Assembly (NCBI GenBank): GCA_963807925.1 | Contig: CAWEDP010000003.1 | Span: forward strand, 98,237-162,236 | Direction of reading: 5' to 3' | DNA from: an uncultured Acidobacteriota bacterium | GTDB taxonomy: Bacteria > Acidobacteriota > Vicinamibacteria > Vicinamibacterales > CAVVIG01 | Length of the DNA: 64,000 bases | Shown: in pieces, positions 27,243 to 36,627 of the stretch | How positions within the stretch are numbered: position 1 is the stretch's first letter | How the letters are laid out: each line of letters begins with the position of its first letter | Notes under the pieces: model-generated | The model's database searches: none | What the model was told of the DNA's origin: nothing | What the model saw: only the letters and a program-made list of their open reading frames with translations | Made by a program: the position numbers and the translations under genes

Positions 27243-28375
27243 ACGTCGGCATCATCTGCTACGCGTCGGTCGGCGGGAGCGGCGTGATTGCCACCGAGCT
27301 GGGGAAGACGCTCGCGTCGCGCGGCCATCGCGTTCACATTCTGAGCAGCGATACGCCGTTCCGGCTGAGCGACTATCAGCCCGGGTTGTCGTTTCACCGT
27401 GTGGAGGCGCCGACCTATCCGCTGTTCCGCGAGCCGCAGTATCTGCTGTCGCTCGCGAACAAGACGGTGCAGGTCGCGCGCGACGAGCGGCTGGACGTCA
27501 TCCACGCGCACTACGCGATCCCTCACGCGACGGCCGCGTACCTCGCGAGGCAAATCCTGGCGGCGTCGCACGATCGCGTGCCGCCGAAGGTCATCACGAC
27601 GCTGCACGGGACCGACATCACGCTCCTCGGCAGCGATCCCTCCTATTCGGAAACCGTCGCGTTCTGCATCGACCAATCCGACGGTGTGACGGCGGTGTCG
27701 GAAAGCCTCAAGGCCGACACGCAGCGGGCGCTCGGCGTGGGGCGCGACATCCGCGTCATCCCGAATTTCCTCGACTGCTCGGTCCACCATCGGCTGAACG
27801 TGCCGGCGCTGCGCCGGCGCTTCGCGAGCGACGACGAGAAGATCGTCATCCACGTCTCGAACTTCCGTCCCGTGAAGCGGGTGTCGGCGGCGGTCGAGAT
27901 CTTCGCGGCGCTCGCCCGCGACGTTCCTTCGCGGCTGCTGATGGTCGGCGACGGTCCCGATCTGGGGGAGGCCGTCCAGCGGGCGCGCGCGCTCGGCGTC
28001 GCCGATCACGTCCATTTCCTCGGCGAGCAGGATCAGGTGACGTCGCTGTTGTCGATCTCCGACGTCTTTTTGCTGCCCTCCGCGCAGGAGAGCTTCGGCC
28101 TCGCGGCGCTCGAGGCGATGGCGTGCGAAGTGCCGGTCGTCGCGTCGCGCGTCGGCGGACTTCCTGAAGTCATCGAGCACGAGGTCACCGGCTTTCTCCA
28201 TGCCCCCGAGGATCTCGCGGCGATGGTCCGCTCGGCGATGGCGGTCCTGACCGACTGCCCGCTCCACGACCGTGTCGCGGCGGCCGCCCGCGTCGTGGTC
28301 CACGAGCAGTTCTGCGACGAGAAGATCGTCCCGGTGTACGAGGCGTATTACGAGGAAATCCTGGCTTCCAGCTGA
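27239..28375 (+). CDS. bshA: N-acetyl-alpha-D-glucosaminyl L-malate synthase (GT4)
   Basis: GIICYASVGGSGVIATELG, HAHYAIPHA, TTLHGTDIT, HVSNFRPVKR, ESFGLAALEAM. Confidence 0.94.
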   Translation: MNVGIICYASVGGSGVIATELGKTLASRGHRVHILSSDTPFRLSDYQPGLSFHRVEAPTYPLFREPQYLLSLANKTVQVARDERLDVIHAHYAIPHATAAYLARQILAASHDRVPPKVITTLHGTDITLLGSDPSYSETVAFCIDQSDGVTAVSESLKADTQRALGVGRDIRVIPNFLDCSVHHRLNVPALRRRFASDDEKIVIHVSNFRPVKRVSAAVEIFAALARDVPSRLLMVGDGPDLGEAVQRARALGVADHVHFLGEQDQVTSLLSISDVFLLPSAQESFGLAALEAMACEVPVVASRVGGLPEVIEHEVTGFLHAPEDLAAMVRSAMAVLTDCPLHDRVAAAARVVVHEQFCDEKIVPVYEAYYEEILASS

Positions 28376-28455
28376 CGCGGCCGGCAGCGGCCGGCCCGTC
28401 CGATCGGTGAGGAGTCCTTGTCACTCCCGGCCGGCCGGGCTTTAATATGGACCCC

Positions 28456-31239
28456 ATGGTGCGCAAGCTGGTCATCGTCGCTGCCCTGGTCGGAGCCGTC
28501 GGGCTCGGGCTTCGCGCGCAGATGCGCGTGGTCCCAATCGACGAAGAGCAGGGGCACGTGGCCCTGGGCCTTGCCCTGCGGCATCTCGCCAACACCGGCA
28601 TTGCCATGCAGGCCACCGCGCATCCCGACGACGAGGACAACGGGTTGCTCGTGATGCTGAACCGCGGCATGGGCGTGCGGACGGCGCTCGCGACGGCGAC
28701 GCGCGGCAACGGCGGACAGAACGAAATCGGCCCCGAGATCTTCGAGGCCCTGGGCGTGCTGCGAACCGAGGAGCTCCACGCCCTGCATCGCTTCGACGGC
28801 GCGGAGCAGTACTTCACGCGCGCCGTCGATTTCGGGTTCTCGTTCAGCCTGGAAGAGACGTACGAAAAATGGGGCAAGGACGAGACGACGAGCGACTTCG
28901 TCCGCCTCATTCGCACGGTCCGGCCCGATGTCGTGTTCTCGGCGTTTCCGCCGACCGGCACCGGCGGCGGCCAGCACCACCAGGCGTCGGCGGTTCTGTC
29001 CCACGCCGCCTACACGCTGGCCGGCGACGCCACCAAGTACCCGGACCAGCTGAAGGACGGCCTCCGGCCGTGGCAGCCGAAGAAGTTCTACTACGCCGGC
29101 GGCTTCGGGCCCCCGGCCGACGCGCAGCCGCGCGCCCGCACGCTGCGCGTCAATACCGCCGTGTACGATCCGCTCTTCGGCAAGACCTACGCGGAAATCG
29201 GCACCGAGGCGCGAAGCATGCACAAGTGCCAGGGCATGGCGCAGCTGCTCGCGCTGCCCGGGCCCTCCGCGCGGACCTATCAGCTCGCCGAAACGGTCAT
29301 TCCGGGTCAGTTGGAACGCGAGGAGTCGTCGATGTTCGACGGCATCGACACCACCATTCCCGGTCTCGCCCGGTTCGCGGGGCCGCAGCCGCCCAGCGAG
29401 CTCGTGGACGGCCTTGGCGCCATCGCCGCTGCCGTGCAGGAGGCGCAGAAGATGTTCGACGGCGTCCGCGCCGACGCCATTCTGCAGCCGCTCCTGGCCG
29501 GTCTGCACCTGACCCGCACCCTGCGCAACCAGCTTCGCGCGATGGGCCTCGCCCAGGACGGCGGCTACGACATCGATCTCCGTCTCGAGCAGAAGGAGCG
29601 CGAGTTCCAGCAGGCCATCCTGGTGGCCGGTGCGGTCCGCGTCGAGGCGCTGGCCGACGACGGCGTCGTGGTGCCCGGGCAGGCGGTGAAGGTCGCGGTG
29701 CTCGTCGCCAACAACGGCGCGGCGGACGTGACGGTGAAGCAGGTGTCGTTCGCCGGCTTCGACGGCGCCGGGCAGTGCAGCCTGACGGCGGTGACGGCGG
29801 GCGGCGGCCGGGGCGGCGGGCGCGGCGGTCGCGGCGGTGCGGCGGCCGCGCCGCCTCCACAAGTGATTTCGACGGTCAGGAAAGACGTCGTCGCGCGCTG
29901 CGAGGCCGGTCTGAAGATTCCTGCCGACGCCCGCGTCACCGAGCCGTACTGGCACCGCCAGGGCGAGGCCGGACGGTACACCTTCGACGCTGACGCGCCG
30001 TTCGGCCTGCCGTATCGGCCCACCCCGTTCACGATGCAGGTGCGGCTGGCGCTCGAAGGCGGCGGCGCCGACGAGATCGTCGAGACGCTGCCGGTGCAGT
30101 ACCGCTACGAAGGCAACATCTTCAGTGGCGAGAAGCGGACCGAGCTGCTCGTCGTGCCGGCGTTCTCGGTGCGCGTGTCGCCGGAGGTGGCCATCATTCC
30201 GACGCGCTCCATCGGGGCGCCCGGTCCCACCGCGCCGCGCAGCGCGGCGAACACCGGCCGCGAGCTCCGGGTCACGGTCGTCAACGACACGGCGGGCGCG
30301 GCCGAGAACCTCGTCAGGCTGCAGCTGCCGGCAGGGTGGTCCGCCACGCCGTCCGCCCAGGCGTTGAAGTTCTCGCGGCCGGACGAGGCGCAGACGGTCC
30401 GCTTCGTGCTGAAGCCGGCGGCGACGACCGTTCCCGGCGAGTACCACGTGCGTGCGTCGGTGTCCACGCCGACCCAGACGTTCGACCGCGGCTACCAGAT
30501 CATCGAGTACCCGCACATCCGCCGGCAGCACATCTACCACGACGCCGACGTCGCGCTGAAAGTGCTCAGTGTGAAGACCGCCCCGAACCTCACCATCGGC
30601 TACATCGTCGGAGTGGGCGACGAAGTGCCGGCGGCCATCGAGCAGCTGGGCGCGAAGCTGGAGTACATCACGCCTGACGAGCTGGCGTGGGGCAACCTGT
30701 CGCGGTTCGACGCGATCGTGACGGGCGTGCGCGCGTACGAGCGCCGATCCGATCTGCGCGCCAACAACAGCCGGCTGCTCGACTACGTGAACGCGGGCGG
30801 CACGCTCGTCGTGCAGTACAACAAGTTCGAGTTCAACGACGCGCAATACGGCCCCTATCCCGCGCAGGTGGGCAACAACCGCGTGACCGACGAGTTCGCG
30901 CCGGTGAACGTCCTGGCGCCGGGCGATCCGGTCCTGACCTACCCGAACGAAATCACCGACTCCACGTGGAAGAACTGGGTCCAGGAGCGGGGGCTGTACT
31001 TCCTCGGCCAGAAGGATCCCCGATACCAGGATCTCGTCTCGCTGGCGGATCCGTTTCCGTACAACACAGGCGAGAAGCGCGGGGCGCTCGTCGAAACGAC
31101 CTACGGCAAGGGCCACTGGGTGTACGTCGGTCTCGGCTTGTGGCGGCAGCTCCCGGCCGGCACGGACGGATCGTACCAGCTGCTCGCGAACCTGATCAGC
31201 CTCGGGAAGGCGCCGGCGGCGCGGAAGCCCGGTCGGTAG
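28456..31239 (+). CDS. large exported PIG-L/LmbE-family deacetylase with Ig-like domains and a C-terminal GATase-like domain
   Basis: signal peptide, AHPDDED, TRGNGGQNEIG, RSMHKCQG, WVQERGLYF; start at ATG 28456 (7 nt after TAATAT) or 28447. Confidence 0.85.
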   Translation: MVRKLVIVAALVGAVGLGLRAQMRVVPIDEEQGHVALGLALRHLANTGIAMQATAHPDDEDNGLLVMLNRGMGVRTALATATRGNGGQNEIGPEIFEALGVLRTEELHALHRFDGAEQYFTRAVDFGFSFSLEETYEKWGKDETTSDFVRLIRTVRPDVVFSAFPPTGTGGGQHHQASAVLSHAAYTLAGDATKYPDQLKDGLRPWQPKKFYYAGGFGPPADAQPRARTLRVNTAVYDPLFGKTYAEIGTEARSMHKCQGMAQLLALPGPSARTYQLAETVIPGQLEREESSMFDGIDTTIPGLARFAGPQPPSELVDGLGAIAAAVQEAQKMFDGVRADAILQPLLAGLHLTRTLRNQLRAMGLAQDGGYDIDLRLEQKEREFQQAILVAGAVRVEALADDGVVVPGQAVKVAVLVANNGAADVTVKQVSFAGFDGAGQCSLTAVTAGGGRGGGRGGRGGAAAAPPPQVISTVRKDVVARCEAGLKIPADARVTEPYWHRQGEAGRYTFDADAPFGLPYRPTPFTMQVRLALEGGGADEIVETLPVQYRYEGNIFSGEKRTELLVVPAFSVRVSPEVAIIPTRSIGAPGPTAPRSAANTGRELRVTVVNDTAGAAENLVRLQLPAGWSATPSAQALKFSRPDEAQTVRFVLKPAATTVPGEYHVRASVSTPTQTFDRGYQIIEYPHIRRQHIYHDADVALKVLSVKTAPNLTIGYIVGVGDEVPAAIEQLGAKLEYITPDELAWGNLSRFDAIVTGVRAYERRSDLRANNSRLLDYVNAGGTLVVQYNKFEFNDAQYGPYPAQVGNNRVTDEFAPVNVLAPGDPVLTYPNEITDSTWKNWVQERGLYFLGQKDPRYQDLVSLADPFPYNTGEKRGALVETTYGKGHWVYVGLGLWRQLPAGTDGSYQLLANLISLGKAPAARKPGR

Positions 31240-31244
31240 GCGCG

Positions 31245-31766
31245 TCAGTCCGATTTTCCGGGCGACCGTGCCAGCCAGCGGAAGAACAGAATCACGATCG
31301 CGGCCGGGATGAACGGCCCCCACCACGCCGTCAGCCCGATTGCCCCCAGCGTCGTCGAGGCCCAGCTGACGAAGATCATGATCGCGCCCGCCCAGGCCAG
31401 CGCGCTCACCAGGTTCAGCACGCTGAACTTCAGCGCGTGCATGCCGGCGTACGCGCACGCGATCGGGATCGCCGTCCGCAGTCCGGGCAGGAAGCGGCTG
31501 GCCAGCACGAGGCCGGTCTCGTGCGCGTGCACGTGCACGATCACGCGGTCGCGGTACCTGGCGAGGCGCGGGAACCGGTCGAGCCAGTGAATGCGGCCGC
31601 GGAGCAGGTAGAACCAGATCTGATCCCCGGTGGCGCCGCCGAGCGCGCCGCACGCGAGAACCGCCGGCCACATGAGCTCACCGCGCACGGCGCGCGCGCA
31701 CATCGCGCTGTAGTACGCCTCGCCTTCGAGGATGGCGGCGATGTAGATCGGAAGATAGGTGAACAC
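31245..31766 (-). CDS. DedA/VTT family membrane protein
   Basis: LEGE, GDQIWFYL, SRFLPGLR, FSVLNLVSALAW. Confidence 0.88.
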   Translation of the reverse strand: MFTYLPIYIAAILEGEAYYSAMCARAVRGELMWPAVLACGALGGATGDQIWFYLLRGRIHWLDRFPRLARYRDRVIVHVHAHETGLVLASRFLPGLRTAIPIACAYAGMHALKFSVLNLVSALAWAGAIMIFVSWASTTLGAIGLTAWWGPFIPAAIVILFFRWLARSPGKSD

Positions 31767-31826
31767 GGGCGCGAATCGAAGGGCCCCCGCTCACGCGAGC
31801 AGTCGAGTCCTCCGGGGGGCGGCCAG

Positions 31827-33108
31827 TCAGGACGAGGTGGTGGCGGTCTGCCGTCGCGGAATCGCCTGCGCCAGGACGTCGCGGACCGTGGCGCCGACGC
31901 GCTCGATCTGCTCGCGTGTCAGGCCGGCGTAGATGGGTATCTGCATCGCCTGGGCGGCGCGCCGCGCACCCTCGGCTTCCGCGGTCGCGCCCGCAAACAG
32001 CTCCATGTCCGGCGGCACGTCGACGTGAAGCGTTTCGATGTCGATGCCGCGCCGGACAGAGCGTACCACGAGCGCGTCGCGCGCGGGTCCGTCAGGCCCG
32101 TACAGACAGGTACTGATAGTAGACGTGCGTGCGATCCGGCGGCACGTACGGGACCTGGATGCCCGGCAGGCGGCCGAGCACCCCATCCATGTAGAGGGCA
32201 TTCGCCTGCACCTGCGCGGTCCACCCGTCGAGGTGCCTCATCGCCTGGAGGCCGATCGCGGCCTGCACGTTGGGAAAGCGCTCCGTGTAGGCCTCCGGCA
32301 GCGGGGTGAGGGACCGAATCTTCTCCCAGAGGAACACGTCGGGGTTGGCGTCGACAAGCGACGACGCCCAGAGCACCGGGAACAGCGAGATCGAGAAGAC
32401 CCACGGCTTGACGAAGATTCGCTGCAGGCGGCCCATGAGCAGGCGATTGCGCACACGTTTTTCGCTCGGCCACGGCAGCCCGTCGACGATCGCGCGCACA
32501 CGCGATGCCACGGCGGGATCCTGCACGAGCGCCATGCCGCCGCCGTAGCAGTTCAGCGGCTTGAGCGTCTGAAAACTGAACAACGCGCCGGTGCCGAACG
32601 TGCCGACCGACCGCCCCCTGTAGGTGGCGCCGAGCGCGTGCGCACAGTCCTCGAGGACGATCAGGTCGTGCCGTCCGGCGATGTCGAGCAGCCGATCCAT
32701 GTCGCACGGCAGGCCGTACAGGTGAGTGGGGACGATCGCCCGCGTCTTCTCGGTGACGAGCCGTTCGACCGAGGCCGGATCGATATTGAACGTTCGCGGA
32801 TCGACGTCGGCGAAGACGACGGTCAGTCCCGCCGCCCGCGCCAGCTCGGGCACGACCCAGAAGGTCAGGGCGGGGAAGATGATCTCGGAGCCCGGCGGAA
32901 GGTCGAGCGCCTCGAGGATGTGATAGAAGGCCATCCGGCCGTACGCCGTGGAAACCGCCGTCCCGCCGCCGACCCGCTGCTCGAACACGCGCTCGAACTC
33001 CGCGATGAGCGGACCCTGGACGAATTCACCGCGCACCTTGCAGGCGGCGACGACGTCCTCGGTTTCGGAGAAGACGCGCGCTCCGTAGCGCGAGATGGCT
33101 GCACGCAT
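31827..33108 (-). CDS. DegT/DnrJ/EryC1/StrS PLP aminotransferase, with a +1 frameshift near 32110
   Basis: PTHLYGLPCD, EDCAHALGA, FSFQTLKP; C-terminus (QIPIYAGLTREQI) lies in another frame (31827..32201), restored by deleting one base at 32109-32110. Confidence 0.85.
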
Positions 33109-33247
33109 TGAATCACCTGGGGGCGGCCGGAACGACCCTTATTGAACCACGAAGCACGTAAAGGCGCTACAAACGGCGCTTGCGCGATGCCTTTGTGCTC
33201 GCAGTGCGTCAACCGGGAACGCCGGGAGGCGTCCGCCGGTTCATCGT

Positions 33248-34642
33248 TCAGCAGGTGACGGGGCGCGAGATGTCGGCGATCTCCTCGCGGGCGTGGCGAT
33301 CGTTCACGCGCTCGTCCATGCGGCTGACCCAGTCGAGGACGCTGCCGTTCTGGATCTTCAGGAAGTTCGCCAGATACGACGGGCGCATGTAGAAGCGCTT
33401 GTACGCGGCGCCGAGCAGGAAGCGCAGCTCCCGGTCCGTCAGATTCGGATGGCGGAAGGTGGGCGTGTAGCCGTCGAAGCGCTCCCAGTCGGTCTCGGTC
33501 AGGAGCGGCTCGATCTGCTTGAACATCGGCGTGCCCGGATACGGCGTCAGGATCTTGAACTGGGCGAAGGTCGACCCGATGTCGGTGGCGTAGTCGATCG
33601 TCGCCGCAATGGAATTCCAGTCGTCCTGCAGAAAGCCGAGCACGTAGAACGCCGCGGTCACGATGCCGCGCTTTCGGCAGTGATCGATGATCTCGCGCTG
33701 GTGCGCCTCAGGGATGGGGCGGCGTCCCGATTTCTTCAGCGTGGCGGGCGACAGCGATTCGACGCCGAAGCTCATCGCGCGAAACCCGGCGGCATGCAGT
33801 CGATCCAGCAGATCGACGTCGAGCCGATCGAGCCGGGTCTCGGCTTCGAAGGTCAGCACCAGTCCGCGCGCCTCGATGCCGTCGCACAGCTCGATCATGC
33901 GCTCGCGCCGCTCGGTGAACAGCGGATCCCGGAAGATCATGTACGGCCGGCGATACTGGTCGCACAGCCGTTCCATCTCGTCGAGGATGTTGGCGATGGA
34001 GCGCGCCCGATACCCCGCGAGAATCCGGTGCGGGCAGTAGGTGCAGAACTCAGGGCATCCGCGGCTCGCCAGCAGCGGAAAGCCGCCGCCCACCGGACGC
34101 GACGACCACCGGACGCCGAGCTTCCGCCCCGCGTCGGTCACGAGATCCCACCGCGGGAACGGCAGGGAATCGAGGTCGTTGATCTGCTCGCTCACGACGA
34201 CCCCGCGCGGAATGTCGCCCTGTGCGATGCGCATCACGCCGCCCTCGGGCTCGCCGTTCAGGATGAAATCGCAGTGATCCTGGAAGAGATGCGGCATTTT
34301 GGACGCCGTGATGCCGACGAATCCGACCTTGACGCCGCGGGCGCGCATCCGCTCGGCCCAGGCGGTCTCGTTCCGGTAGTCCACGAGCGACGACAGGATC
34401 AGCGCGACCTCTCCGTCCACCTGCTCTCCGCGGCTCCAGGCCACCTCGTGGCCGGCGCGCGCGAGGATGGCGGCCATGTACGCCATGTGCACGCTCGGCA
34501 CGTCGTGAAACTGATGTTTCAGCCACGCGATCACGGTCGTCACGCGCGAGAACGGATCCAGCCGCGATCCGTAGCCGCCCACCACCGTATCCTTGCTGAC
34601 AAAGCCGCGATTCGACTGCACGTCTGCGAGAATCACCCGCAT
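33248..34642 (-). CDS. B12-binding (class B-like) radical SAM protein
   Basis: GEPE, DLDSLPFPRWD, SRGCPEFCTYC (CxxxCxxC), FGVES, TPYPGT. Confidence 0.9.
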   Translation of the reverse strand: MRVILADVQSNRGFVSKDTVVGGYGSRLDPFSRVTTVIAWLKHQFHDVPSVHMAYMAAILARAGHEVAWSRGEQVDGEVALILSSLVDYRNETAWAERMRARGVKVGFVGITASKMPHLFQDHCDFILNGEPEGGVMRIAQGDIPRGVVVSEQINDLDSLPFPRWDLVTDAGRKLGVRWSSRPVGGGFPLLASRGCPEFCTYCPHRILAGYRARSIANILDEMERLCDQYRRPYMIFRDPLFTERRERMIELCDGIEARGLVLTFEAETRLDRLDVDLLDRLHAAGFRAMSFGVESLSPATLKKSGRRPIPEAHQREIIDHCRKRGIVTAAFYVLGFLQDDWNSIAATIDYATDIGSTFAQFKILTPYPGTPMFKQIEPLLTETDWERFDGYTPTFRHPNLTDRELRFLLGAAYKRFYMRPSYLANFLKIQNGSVLDWVSRMDERVNDRHAREEIADISRPVTC

Positions 34643-34743
34643 CGGTCACCTCATGGTTGACGAACCTGACACCGCTCAGCCGTGCGCGCCGTACGCGCGG
34701 GCCGCGATGGCCGTGCGTCGATTCGACTGGCTGATACACCAGG

Positions 34744-35190
34744 CTACGCGGGTGACGAAGGAGGACCTCGGGGTGAACGGGGAGACGCGACGCTAACGAA
34801 GGTCGGGTGCAGCGTCGGGGGTGAGAGCACGCCGAGCGGCCTGAGGCCGGCCGGGAGCAGGTCGTCGCCGCCGACCGCCGCGCTCGTCTGCAGCGCGGCC
34901 GTGTCGTGACCGGCGAGCGGCATCGTCTGGCCGCGCCCGAGGTAGTCGGGGACGCTGCGATGGACCAGCCGTTCGCTCCGCAACAGATACTTCGCGACAT
35001 GACGGCCCGAGCGTTGCACGCCGTTCCGCGCGCGGACCCGACGGAGCGCCGGCCGTTCATCGGCCGCGCGACTGACGCGGGAGTGGCGCCGCGCCGGCTG
35101 CGCCGCTTCGGCGCTGGGGACGCTCAGCAACCAGACCGCGAGCGTTCCGCACAGCGCGAAGCCCAGTCGCACGCCGGACGAGAGTCGCAT
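34744..35190 (-). CDS. putative exported leader/arrest peptide (signal peptide + Arg-rich linker + C-terminal RGPP)
   Basis: MRLSSGVRLGFALCGTLAVWLLSVPSAEA signal; ends SPRSPRGPPSSPA, 101 nt before the radical SAM start. Confidence 0.65.
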   Translation of the reverse strand: MRLSSGVRLGFALCGTLAVWLLSVPSAEAAQPARRHSRVSRAADERPALRRVRARNGVQRSGRHVAKYLLRSERLVHRSVPDYLGRGQTMPLAGHDTAALQTSAAVGGDDLLPAGLRPLGVLSPPTLHPTFVSVASPRSPRGPPSSPA

Positions 35191-35291
35191 AGAAGGGCTG
35201 TAGAATTCCTGTTGGAGCCAAACGTAACTATCCCACACCACAGCGGTAGATTCAAGAACTCGCCGCTTCAGCCGCCTACGCGCGTTCGTCC

Positions 35292-36578
35292 ATGAATCTG
35301 CGCCGCTTTTCCTCCGTCATCGTCGTCGGCGCGGGGCCTGCCGGCGCCACGGCGGCCCGTGTCCTGGCGCTCGCGGGCGTCCGGGTCGTTCTCCTCGACC
35401 GATCGGCCTTTCCGCGCAACAAACCGTGCGGAGGCGGCATCAGCGGCCGCGTGCTCCGCCGCTTTCCGTTCCTCCAATCCGAGCTCTGCCGCATCCCGAT
35501 GCACGCGGTGAGCCGTCTACGACTCGAAGGACCCGACGGCGAGGCAGCAGTCGTCGAGTCGCCCGAGACCGGTGCGGTGATGGTTCGGCGCGTCGAGTTC
35601 GACGCGCTCCTGGTGTCGCTCGCGCAAGACGCCGGTGCCGAGCTCGTCTCCGACGTCGATATCGTCGGTGCGACGGCCGGTTGCGACGCCGTCTCGCTGG
35701 TCTCGCGCGACGGCCGCCGTTTCAGCGCCCCGGCGGTCGTCGCCGCCGACGGCGTCCACAGCGTCGTCGGTCGTCGGCTGGGCATCAACCCGGGCTGGCC
35801 GTCACACGCGCTGGCGCTCGACATGATGGAAGAAACGCCTCGCGTCGAGCTCCGCGATGTGGATCCCTCGACCCTGTGGGTGGCCTACGGGTACGACCCC
35901 CAACGGCCAGGAGGCGCAGGGCGGAGGAACGGAAGCCACGTGAAGGTGGCGGAAGGCTATGCCTATATCTTTCCCAAGCGGGATCACGTGAACGTCGGGA
36001 TTGGCTACGTGCTCTCGTACTACCGCCGGGCGGTGGGTACGCCGCCCTACGAGCTCCAGCGCGGGCTGGTCGAGGAGCTGTGCGCGCGCGGCATCGTCCG
36101 CGGGCAGTCGGTGCGCCGATTCTTCACTCCGTTTCTGATCCCGGTCGGCGGGCCGCTCCGGCAACCGGGTCGCGGACGCGTGCTGCTGGCGGGGGACGCC
36201 GGCGGGTTCGTCAACGCGTTCACCGCCGAGGGCATCTACTACGCGATGGTCACCGGCGAGCTGGCGGCGCGCGCCATCCTCGACGCTGCGGGCAATCCCG
36301 GCGCCCTCGTGCCGCGGTACCGCCGGGCGTGCGAGCGCGAGATCGGCCCGGAGCTTCGGGATTCCGTGAGCATTCAGAAGTATCTGTTCGCCGATCGCGG
36401 ACGCATCGCGCGCGTCATCCGGAACGCGAACCGCTATCCCGCGACGACGCGGGCCCTCCTGGAGTATGCGACGGGACGGCGATCGTACCGATCCGTCCGG
36501 CGTCACCTGCTCGCACGGTTCCCGCCGCTTGCCCTCCGGATGGCCTGGGACCGGGCGGCGGCCTTCTGGGGCGGCTGA
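35292..36578 (+). CDS. geranylgeranyl reductase family flavoprotein
   Basis: VGAGPAG, FPRNKPCGGGI, RRVEFDALL, YIFPK, GDAGGFVNAFTAEGIYYA. Confidence 0.88.
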   Translation: MNLRRFSSVIVVGAGPAGATAARVLALAGVRVVLLDRSAFPRNKPCGGGISGRVLRRFPFLQSELCRIPMHAVSRLRLEGPDGEAAVVESPETGAVMVRRVEFDALLVSLAQDAGAELVSDVDIVGATAGCDAVSLVSRDGRRFSAPAVVAADGVHSVVGRRLGINPGWPSHALALDMMEETPRVELRDVDPSTLWVAYGYDPQRPGGAGRRNGSHVKVAEGYAYIFPKRDHVNVGIGYVLSYYRRAVGTPPYELQRGLVEELCARGIVRGQSVRRFFTPFLIPVGGPLRQPGRGRVLLAGDAGGFVNAFTAEGIYYAMVTGELAARAILDAAGNPGALVPRYRRACEREIGPELRDSVSIQKYLFADRGRIARVIRNANRYPATTRALLEYATGRRSYRSVRRHLLARFPPLALRMAWDRAAAFWGG

Positions 36579-36627
36579 CGCCCCATACTACCGGCGCTCG
36601 CGAAACCGGTTGTAGACTCTGTCGGTC

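Noticed and set aside
29795..29850. GGRGGGRGGRGG low-complexity stretch (also GRGGRGG near 16880)
   Set aside because: In-frame flexible linker in secreted proteins, not a DNA repeat element
33109..33247. Slightly AT-rich 139-nt gap between the radical SAM and aminotransferase genes as a possible ncRNA
   Set aside because: No convincing structure or motif by eye; may only hold an internal promoter. An Rfam search would be needed
34643..34743. Cobalamin riboswitch upstream of the B12-binding radical SAM
   Set aside because: Too short and no B12-box-like sequence recognised; the pairing fits anti-SD control by the uORF better
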